A stretch of DNA of 39,283 nt from Nanobdellota archaeon. GTDB taxonomy: Archaea > Nanobdellota > Nanobdellia > Pacearchaeales > GW2011-AR1. Both the position numbers and the translations under genes were made by a program. Location: contig DAHXOU010000048.1 in NCBI GenBank assembly GCA_027364705.1, positions 1-39,283 on the forward strand. The letters are read 5' to 3'. The notes beneath the pieces are model-generated. The model did no database searches, was not told where the DNA came from, and worked only from the letters and a program-made list of their open reading frames with translations. Shown piece by piece: positions 18,488 through 26,700 of the stretch (its first letter is position 1; every line of letters begins with the position of its first letter).

Positions 18488-18819
18488 TAAGCAACTTCCT
18501 CTCCTTTTTCATCTAAATATTTCATAAATTCATCCTCAGTCAATTCATCTTCTTCAACATCTTTTCCATGCCATTTACACTCTTTGCACTCCCATTCTCC
18601 TGTAGATTTTGAAATTGATTCTTCATCTTCATCATCACTTCCTTCCTGTTCACTTAAAACAACATTAACATCATAACTTCCACAATCAGGACATTTCTTA
18701 ACTTTGAAAGTTTTACCTTCGGCCTTCTTACTTTTCTTGTTTAATCCGTGCGACTTTTCCCAATCTGCTTTTGAATCAAATCCTTCTTTAATCCAGTCTG
18801 GTGTTGCTAATTTTCCCAT
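18487..18819 (-). CDS. acidic zinc-ribbon protein
   Basis: 110 aa with a 'CPDCGS...CKECKWHG' four-Cys ribbon and acidic runs 'SDDEDEES' and '[10 protein letters not shown]...EKGEEVA'. It is translationally coupled to gyrA (TAATG). Confidence 0.7.
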   Translation of the reverse strand: MGKLATPDWIKEGFDSKADWEKSHGLNKKSKKAEGKTFKVKKCPDCGSYDVNVVLSEQEGSDDEDEESISKSTGEWECKECKWHGKDVEEDELTEDEFMKYLDEKGEEVA

Positions 18820-18820
18820 T

Positions 18821-19108
18821 TTAACTTAATTTATTTTCTAAATTTACTTTAGTGAATCTTTTTACTTTTTCTCCTTTCTTGAATTCTTTTCCGTCTTCAT
18901 TTGTATAATTTCGGTCAAATTCTTTGTATCCAATAAATTCTATTAGTGGACGAGAAAATGGCTCGTTAACATAAACTTTTTCATCGTTGTATAAACTTTT
19001 GTAATATACAAACTGTTTTCCATTAACTTTTGCTACAGTTACAATTTCATAAATATGATTTTTTCCTTTCCAATGTTTGTATTGTTCTCCTTGTTTTGGT
19101 TTTATCAT
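18821..19108 (-). CDS. DUF1653-like small protein
   Basis: 95 aa. 'YKHWKGKNHIYEIVTVAK...FVYYKSLYND...VNEPFSRPLIEF' matches the DUF1653 pattern (Y-x-H-Y-K-G...Y-x-V...VVY..L...W-x-RP) as I remember it. Confidence 0.5.
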   Translation of the reverse strand: MIKPKQGEQYKHWKGKNHIYEIVTVAKVNGKQFVYYKSLYNDEKVYVNEPFSRPLIEFIGYKEFDRNYTNEDGKEFKKGEKVKRFTKVNLENKLS

Positions 19109-19692
19109 TGTTTATCTTCTCCAAATAATTTTTTCTCAACTAAATCACAAACGATATGATAAATTAATTCATGAGCTTCCTGAATTCTTGGTGTATCTCT
19201 CGACGGAACATCAAAACAAATATCACTTAAACCTTTTAATTCTCCGCCATCTTTTCCTGTTAATGAAATATTATAAGTTCCAATTTGATATTTTCCTTTC
19301 TGAAATGCTCTTATGACATTTTTAGAATTTCCAGAAGTTGAAAGACCAAGTAAAATATCTCCAGGTTTTGCATAAGCTTCAACTTGTCTGTTGAAAATAT
19401 CATCAAAATTATAATCATTACTCCAAGCAGTTATAATAGAACTATCTGTAGATAAGGCAAGAGCAGATAAAGCTCTTCTTTCTTTTTTGAATCTTCCGAC
19501 GAGCTCTCCTGCAATATGTTGCGCATCAGCAGCACTTCCCCCGTTTCCCATTACCAATACTTTATCTCCTTTAAGATAACACTGCACAATAGAATTAGCA
19601 ATGTTCTCAATCTCATCAGCTCGGTAAACTAACTCTTTCTTTATTCCGTTGTTTTCCCTTATGCAATTTTCTATGTAATTTTTGTAATTCAT
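19105..19692 (-). CDS. gmhA: SIS-domain protein, phosphoheptose (sedoheptulose-7-phosphate) isomerase GmhA-like
   Basis: 'VMGNGGSAADAQHIAGELVGRF', 'NDYNFDDIFNRQVEA', 'LGLSTSGNS', 'LTGKDGG' and 'RIQEAHELIYH' align closely with my recollection of E. coli GmhA. It overlaps the gyrB stop by 1 nt and the next gene by ATGA. Confidence 0.75.
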   Translation of the reverse strand: MNYKNYIENCIRENNGIKKELVYRADEIENIANSIVQCYLKGDKVLVMGNGGSAADAQHIAGELVGRFKKERRALSALALSTDSSIITAWSNDYNFDDIFNRQVEAYAKPGDILLGLSTSGNSKNVIRAFQKGKYQIGTYNISLTGKDGGELKGLSDICFDVPSRDTPRIQEAHELIYHIVCDLVEKKLFGEDKQ

Positions 19693-21578
19693 TATATGTC
19701 TAAGTTTGCCTCGTGCGCATTTTCTTGAATGAATTCTTTTCTCGCCTGAACATCATCGCCCATCAGCATTGAAAAAGTCGTATCAGCTTCAACAGCATCG
19801 TCGACAAATATCCTTTTAATTTTTCTCGTCTTAGGATTCATAGTAGTTTCCCATAACTGTGTCGCACTCATTTCTCCAAGACCCTTGAAACGTGTAACAT
19901 TTCCTTCTTTAGTATCAAGTTTCTCAAGAGTTTTTTTCAATTCCTCTTCGGTGTAAACATAATAATCTTTATTTTTTCTTATTCTGAATAACGGAGGAAG
20001 AGCTGCATAAATATTTCCATTCTCAATTAATTTGGGCATGAATCTAAAAAATAAAGTAAGCAATAAAGTTTTGATGTGTTCTCCGTCAACATCTGCATCA
20101 CTCATGATAATTATTTTCCTGTATCTTAATTTTTCCAAATCAAACTGGTCGCCAACACCTGTTCCTATTGCAGTAATTAAATTTGCAATTTCCTCGCTGG
20201 ATAAACTCTTGATAGGATTAGATTTCTCAACGTTCAAAATTTTTCCCCTAAGAGGCAGTATTGCCTGATTTTCTTTATCCCTCGCCATCTTAGCAGAACC
20301 TCCAGCTGATTCCCCCTCTACAATATATAATTCAGTATCTTCTGATTTATTACTTGAACAATCTGCTAATTTTCCAGGAAGACCACCGAGAGAGAAAACA
20401 TTTTTTCTTCTGACAAGTTCTTTTGCCCTTTTAGCAGCCATTCTTGCTTTAGCAGCAGCTTCTGCCTTAGAAACAATTTTCTTTGCAACAGCAGGATTCT
20501 CTTCGAAAAATTCAGCCAATGCAGCAGTAACAATTGAATCAACCCATCCTTTAACTTCGGAATTTCCAAGTTTAGTTTTAGTCTGTCCTTCAAATTGCGG
20601 GTCGGGAATTTTAATACTGATAATTGCAGTCAAACCTTCTCTCACATCTTCTCCTGAAAAATTCTCGCTCTTGATAATTCCTTTTCTCTTTCCATAATCA
20701 TTTATCACTCTTGTCAAAGCAGTCTTGAATCCAAAAACATGAGTTCCCCCTTCGACAGTATTAATTGTATTTACAAAACCGAAAATATTTTCCTGATAAC
20801 CAGTGTTATATTGAATTGAAACCTCAATAACAGTGTGGTCCATTTCTCTCTTGAAATAAACTGGCTTGTGAAGAACTTCTTTAGACTTGTTCATCCATTT
20901 AACAAATTCTATCAAACCACCAGTAGCCAAAAATTCTTCTGTCTTATTTTTCTCCTCATCTCTTAATATAATTTTAAGACCAGAATTAAGAAAAGCAATT
21001 TCCCTGAATCTTGTTTCAAGAACCTTATAATCAAAATCTACTGTAGAAAAAATTTCTTCATCAGGCCAGAAAGTTATCTTTGTCCCTGTTTCATTAGGAG
21101 AACATTTGCCTACAATTTCTAATTTTGTCTTCGGGTCTCCTCGTGAATATTCTTGTCGATAAATGTTTCCGTTTCTTTTTATTTCAACAATGAGCTTTTT
21201 TGAAAGAGCATTTACACAAGAAACTCCGACGCCATGAAGTCCTCCTGAAATCATATAGGATTTTTTGTCAAATTTTCCTCCTGCATGAAGTTTAGTCAAA
21301 GCAACTTGAACAGCAGGAACTTTCAGAATAGGATGCATATCTACAGGAATTCCTCTTCCATCGTCGTCAATAGTAGCAGAACCATCTTTGTTTAATGAAA
21401 CAAAAATGACCTTACAGAAACCACCAAGAGCTTCATCAACAGAATTATCGACTGTTTCATAGACTAAATGGTGCAAACCATCCTTTCCTGTGCTTCCGAT
21501 GTACATCGCCGGTCTTTTTCTTACTCCTTCAAGACCTTCGAGCACTTTTATTGATTCTGCGGTATATTGTTCTGACAT
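19692..21578 (-). CDS. gyrB: DNA gyrase subunit B
   Basis: 'LEGLEGVRKRPAMYIGST', 'EVDNSVDEA'-type motif (VDNSVDEAL), 'GGLHGVG', 'PLRGKILNVEK' and Toprim 'IMSDADVDGEHI'. 628 aa. Confidence 0.96.
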   Translation of the reverse strand: MSEQYTAESIKVLEGLEGVRKRPAMYIGSTGKDGLHHLVYETVDNSVDEALGGFCKVIFVSLNKDGSATIDDDGRGIPVDMHPILKVPAVQVALTKLHAGGKFDKKSYMISGGLHGVGVSCVNALSKKLIVEIKRNGNIYRQEYSRGDPKTKLEIVGKCSPNETGTKITFWPDEEIFSTVDFDYKVLETRFREIAFLNSGLKIILRDEEKNKTEEFLATGGLIEFVKWMNKSKEVLHKPVYFKREMDHTVIEVSIQYNTGYQENIFGFVNTINTVEGGTHVFGFKTALTRVINDYGKRKGIIKSENFSGEDVREGLTAIISIKIPDPQFEGQTKTKLGNSEVKGWVDSIVTAALAEFFEENPAVAKKIVSKAEAAAKARMAAKRAKELVRRKNVFSLGGLPGKLADCSSNKSEDTELYIVEGESAGGSAKMARDKENQAILPLRGKILNVEKSNPIKSLSSEEIANLITAIGTGVGDQFDLEKLRYRKIIIMSDADVDGEHIKTLLLTLFFRFMPKLIENGNIYAALPPLFRIRKNKDYYVYTEEELKKTLEKLDTKEGNVTRFKGLGEMSATQLWETTMNPKTRKIKRIFVDDAVEADTTFSMLMGDDVQARKEFIQENAHEANLDI

Positions 21579-21694
21579 TTTTAGGTAGAATCTACAGAAG
21601 AAAAAGTCCGTAATTATTTATAAACCTTTCTGCACAAAAATAGTGATTTATCGACGGAGAAATTAATTATAGAACCAGATAAATAGATTATAAT

Positions 21695-22558
21695 TTATTT
21701 TTTTACTTCCTTAATTCTTCCTTCTTTCTCTATCATTTTTATGTACTTAATTATTTCATTTTTACTCTTTTTCACACCCATTTTTCCAAGTCTTTTCTGA
21801 ATTTCATTAAGACCTAATGCTTTCTTATGAGTCAAAATTTTTATAATTTTACCCTTTATTTCAGAATTAGAAATTTTTCCAGATTGCTTAACTATTTTCT
21901 TGGTCTTAGCAGGAGAATGTTTTCTTCTTGCTCTTTTTTTCTTAACTACTGCAGTTTTTGCAGGAACAACTTTTTTAGATTTTGTTTTTTTAACAACTTT
22001 AATTGGTTTCTCATGAGAAATTTTCATTTTCTTTCTTCTGACTTTGTTTTTCCTATTCTTTCTTTTTTTTCTCATTTCACTTTTAATTTTTACAATTTTC
22101 TTTTTTGCTCTTCTCTTCCTGTTCTTTCTTAATTTTCTTTTCAGATTTACCGGAATTATTTTAAGAGATAAATCCTGTCCTTTGTCTTTAAAATCCTCAA
22201 CTTTCTTTCCAAGTTTTTTAATTGCAGATTTTATTTCAGGAAGATTTTGTTCAAGATCTTTTTTAATATCTTTAATATCATCAGAAATACCGCTAACCGC
22301 TCCAGAACTTCCTCTGCTTCTTCTTTTTTTAGTAGTTGGATGATATTTATTAGAAATTTTTAATTTTAATATTTTAATTCCTCTTTCTATATTTGGAATT
22401 TCAGAAACATTTTTCAGTTTTGCTCTTATTGCATCAGCATCACTCTTAAATTTTTTTGTATCTAAAGAATTAAGTTCACGTTGCAATTCTTTCAGTCTCT
22501 CGACACCAATCTTAAATGCTTCAAAATCTTCACGGCTTATTTTTCCCTCTTTTGCCAT
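21695..22558 (-). CDS. extremely basic (K/R-rich) protein: N-terminal coiled coil, poly-basic linker, C-terminal winged-helix-like domain
   Basis: 287 aa. The central stretch 'KRKLRKNRKRRAKKKIVKIKSEMRKKRKNRKNKVRRKKMK...KKKRARRKHSPAKTKK' is more than half K/R by eye. The C-terminal 'IIKILTHKKALGLNEIQKRLG...IIKYIKMIEKEGRIKE' looks like a wHTH. SD-like GAGGA lies 6 nt upstream of the ATG. Confidence 0.6.
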   Translation of the reverse strand: MAKEGKISREDFEAFKIGVERLKELQRELNSLDTKKFKSDADAIRAKLKNVSEIPNIERGIKILKLKISNKYHPTTKKRRSRGSSGAVSGISDDIKDIKKDLEQNLPEIKSAIKKLGKKVEDFKDKGQDLSLKIIPVNLKRKLRKNRKRRAKKKIVKIKSEMRKKRKNRKNKVRRKKMKISHEKPIKVVKKTKSKKVVPAKTAVVKKKRARRKHSPAKTKKIVKQSGKISNSEIKGKIIKILTHKKALGLNEIQKRLGKMGVKKSKNEIIKYIKMIEKEGRIKEVKK

Positions 22559-22608
22559 ACATCATCCTCTTTAATATTAATATTGAATTTTGTTTTTATA
22601 TCTTTCCT

Positions 22609-23796
22609 TTACTTAAGGAAGCCAATTCGGTATCCTTGTTTTTTAAAATCAGAAAGTTGTTTGTTGATATTGCTTCCTGAAACTTTTTTCATTTCTTTTT
22701 CTGCTTCAACCATTTTGAATCCGTGTTTCTTCCAAGAGTTAAGTTTTCTACTGACTTCATTTTTCTTTCCGTGTTTCTTCAAATTTTGTAATTGTATTCT
22801 CTGAATTTTATGTTTGTGTCTTATTCCTTTAATAATTTTTTTACGAGCAAGTTTCCATTCACGTATTTTCTTTTTATTTCTAAAAGTTCTAACTTTAGCT
22901 CGGCAGGAATTAAGAAGATTAATATTATTTTGAAGTTCATTATTCTGTTGTTTCTGAAGTTTAATCAACAAGTCATCACTTCGTTTAATAAAATAAAATA
23001 ATAAAGCAAGACTCCCGACGACAAAAATCAAAATTATTACAATGAAAAAATTGGAACTCTCATAAGCAAGTTTATCCTTTTTTACTACATTGAATAAATA
23101 ACTGGATACACTTTGAGTTTCAGCATAATCGATAGTCGTTATGAACACGTAATCCCCAAGAGGAACATTAGGAAGATTGATTATTTTATTCATAGATTCT
23201 CCAAGAGTTAAATCTTCTTCATCAGACCAGATTATTTCATTGTTAAAATTTTTAATGGAATATTTGACGTGGACATTTGGAAGAGAAACATAATCTAAAT
23301 CAAAGACTTTTATTTCAACGCCCAATTTTCCATTAGGATACACATTTTCATATTTTGGAATGGTAGACTGGATAATTGCAAAAGGAGGATTTGAACCTTC
23401 AACAGTTAAGATTATTGGAATTTTTTTAACAGCATCAAAAGTTTCAATTATTAACTGCCCCGTATAAACACCAACTTCCCGAATATTATCTTTGAAAAAT
23501 ACTTTTATTTCTTTTGATTCTCCAGGACCGAGACTGAATGTTTTCTCGTCGATAGAAGCAAGATTATCCAGTTTATTGAAATAAACACTAAAATCTCTTT
23601 GAATCATTTCAGTATTTGTTATCCGGATATTATCCGTAGCTTCACCGCCAGTTTCCATATTCAGTTTAATAAGAATTATATTTGTCGCAAGTCCTGCTTC
23701 CCCAGAAAAATAATTCATTTTTACAAAGACAAATCCTGCAATAGCTAAGAAGATTATCAATACAGAAATAAATATCCACTTCTTTTTTACCATCAT
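22609..23796 (-). CDS. bitopic membrane protein, paralog of the giant protein's C-terminal anchor module, with basic cytoplasmic tail
   Basis: 395 aa. The order is N-terminal TM (WIFISVLIIFLAIAGFVFV), two beta-rich domains, a second TM (FFIVIILIFVVGSLALLFYFI) and a roughly 125-aa K/R-rich tail. It aligns by eye with giant-protein residues encoded at 23930-24570. Its ATG overlaps the giant gene's stop (ATGA). Confidence 0.75.
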   Translation of the reverse strand: MMVKKKWIFISVLIIFLAIAGFVFVKMNYFSGEAGLATNIILIKLNMETGGEATDNIRITNTEMIQRDFSVYFNKLDNLASIDEKTFSLGPGESKEIKVFFKDNIREVGVYTGQLIIETFDAVKKIPIILTVEGSNPPFAIIQSTIPKYENVYPNGKLGVEIKVFDLDYVSLPNVHVKYSIKNFNNEIIWSDEEDLTLGESMNKIINLPNVPLGDYVFITTIDYAETQSVSSYLFNVVKKDKLAYESSNFFIVIILIFVVGSLALLFYFIKRSDDLLIKLQKQQNNELQNNINLLNSCRAKVRTFRNKKKIREWKLARKKIIKGIRHKHKIQRIQLQNLKKHGKKNEVSRKLNSWKKHGFKMVEAEKEMKKVSGSNINKQLSDFKKQGYRIGFLK

Positions 23797-26700
23797 CTCT
23801 TTATCTTTTCTTTTATATAGTTCCGTATTCTTTTATACCTTTTGATTACGATAAAGAGTATTGCAGAAATAATAATTAAAGCAGAAATTATTGAAAGGAT
23901 TACTATCTTTCTATAATCTCTTTCTGCTTTGTCCATAATTGCAAATTGCGAACTTGCAACAGCAACTCCTCCAGGATAGATTAATTCAACACCGACGACA
24001 TAATCTCCATTTACAAAATCTTTGGTATTAAATTGTTTTGTAAAACTTTTCTGATTATAAACTGCAATAGTTTCTGATTCAGTAAGATAAACTTTTCCGT
24101 TGAAATCTTTAATGAGATAATTAAGCTGAACGTCCATATTTTCTTTGACTCCCATCTGAAGAAGATTAATTTGCATTTTCAAATCTTCTCCCGAATTTAC
24201 AATTTTGTCAGATTTTGGAATTGACAAAGTGATATCAAATAAACTTTTTTCAGTTCTCACATTAATGATAACAGGAATTTCTCTTCTAGTAGCTCCAGCA
24301 GTTACAATAATCTTTCCCGTATAAATTCCTGTGCTCGTCGGAGAATCAATTCTGAATTTAGCTTTTTTGGTTTCCCCCGGATTTAATCTGATTGTTGAGT
24401 TAAGGATAGAGATTATATTTCCGACACTCTCTACACCGATGCTAAAAGTAGTTTCGGTATTTCTCTCGTTATAAATTTCTATTTCTCCGAACTCAATTCT
24501 GTTTAAGATAATTGTTCTTTGGTATATCTTTGGTGAAAGAGTAAAATTATTCTGTTCAATAAAAGTTGAACCTCCTCCGCCTCCTCCAGAAGGTGTTGTT
24601 ACTGGCGTTACAGGAGTTTCTTCTGAACTATAAATTGAAAATCCAGTTACATCATAAACAAAAGTTCCTCCGGAATAACTAACTTCAGTACAAGTTGTGC
24701 AGACCACACCATTTTTTAATGGACGAGGATTGCTGAAACTTAATCCATAAAAATATAATCTTGCAGTTTTATTTAATTCAGGCAATATTGTAGTGTTAAC
24801 TTCAATTCTATTAAAACTAATATTAACACTCGCATCAATGTCAGTTCCATTTTCTAAATTAATATCCTGAGAAAAGTTTATTTCTCCATAAGTAGGAGCC
24901 TGTAAAACTAAATTAGTAATATTAGTCACATTCAAATCAGATAGATTCGTTGTAGTTCCTGAAAAATAATTTGTAATGACAACACTAAATATTCTTTGTT
25001 CACCTTCAATAACAGTATTATTATTCTGTGTACAATTAACGCTCCAATTATATCTTCCAGGAGGCAGATTATTGAGATAAAAATTCATATTCTCTGCTTT
25101 TGTGATTGTTAGATTAGTCTGGTTAATTGAATTATTAAACATCAAAGAACAGTTTGAAACTATTCCTGTTCCGTCGATAGAATAGACGAAGCTAATATTT
25201 CCGTCGTTATCTCCCGAATTATTTATCGGAGCAATTAAAGTTATTTCTAGAGTTGTATTAATTATTATAGTTCTTGTTTGTGTTGAATTTTTATTATTAA
25301 GAGTATCATTTACAGTTACATTGTAATAATAAGTTCCGTCGGATAATCCTGTCCAGTTTATCGTTCGAGTAGAATCCGTATAAGAAGTTGAGTTAAATTC
25401 CCCTGAAGTATTGTAAAGTAAAAAAGTAATCGTGTCTTCATTTATTTCATCAACACTCACGTTAACATAAATCCAGTCATTTTTGCTTGTTGTTCCGTTT
25501 GCTAATGTTCCAGTTCCGTAAGAAATGACTGAATTAATACTATCCTTAAAGAAAGTTACTGAAGAGGAATTTTTATTTCCCGCAGAGTCATTGATGTAAA
25601 CAATCCATGTATTGCTTCCTTCATTACTTGTTAATCCTGTCCAGTTTGTTCCGCAACTAACAGGTGTAGAATTTGCTCCGCCATTTAATGAATACCAACA
25701 TAAAACAGGATTTATTTCTGTATAAGTATAATTCAAGGTTGAAACATTAGAATTGTAACTTGTATTTTGGGGGTAACTCATGTTAATTTCAGGATAAACA
25801 GAATCAATAAAGAATGAAACATATTCGCTGTTGTTAATATTATTACTGGTATCATTACACCAAAATCTTGCAATATAACTTCCCTGCCCCATTGTTGAAT
25901 TTGTATAATTAGTTCCAGTCAAACTTGCATTAAGATCCATTGTATAATTCGTTGCCCAATTATTTATACTGAATAAACAAGAACTCAAATTCTCATTTGA
26001 AGAAAGGTTAAATGAAATCGTCGTAGTTGCATAAGTCGTATTCACAGGAGATAAAATATTTATCAAAGGATTAACCAAATCAGCAGCTACTGAAACATTA
26101 AGAGTAATAACACTGGAATTCAAATTTCCTAAAGTATCATTTACTGAAACATTGATGTCATATAACCCAAGTGCAAGAGCAGAAGAATTTGTCAAAATTC
26201 CTGTTGAAGAAACAATAGTAAACTTGGTTGTCCAGTTAATTGCAAAACTTCCTAATCCAACACCAGTATCATTCGCATTAATATCATAATTTAATGACTG
26301 TCCTTCGATTAAAGTTTGATTTGCTAGATTTGTAAAGTAAGGAGGTAAAGAATCGATTGTAAAATTAACACCAGTCTGGTTAAAATTATTAACAGTATCA
26401 TTTACCCAGATGGTAACATTATGTCTTCCCTGACTCCAAACTACTGTTGTTATGTTTGTTCCACAATTTGCAAGAGTAATATTCAAACTCATTGAATCAT
26501 TTGAATACCAGCAAGTTGAAAGATGTACGTCGGAAACAGTGTAGTTTATATTTAATCCAGTATTAGATGAATTTGTATTATTCGTCGTAGGATAAGTTAT
26601 GCTAATAGCGGGTTTAGTTGTATCAATGCTAAATGACACTGATGATGAATTTTCATTACCGGCACTATCATTTGCCCAGATAGTTACATTATGATAACCT

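Noticed and set aside
19105-19692. Reading the SIS protein as a DiaA-like replication factor rather than GmhA
   Set aside because: The motifs (GELVGRF with Glu, NDYNFDDIFNRQVEA, STSGNS, RIQEAH) look closer to GmhA than to my recollection of DiaA. DiaA also acts on DnaA, which archaea lack. I kept it only as context for the gyrase-operon finding.
21827-22804. Plus-strand ORFs 21827-22132, 22044-22343 and 22481-22804
   Set aside because: They are mirror images of the K/R-rich and K-rich minus-strand genes. Their translations are F/L/S-rich low-complexity strings with no start context.
23793-23930. PGF-CTERM/PEF-CTERM or LPXTG-type sorting signal at the C-terminus of the giant protein (and of the 281-aa and 395-aa proteins)
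   Set aside because: The C-termini have a plain TM helix plus a K/R tail, with no PGF, PEF or LPXTG tripeptide before the helix. They therefore read as simple TM anchors rather than sortase or archaeosortase substrates.
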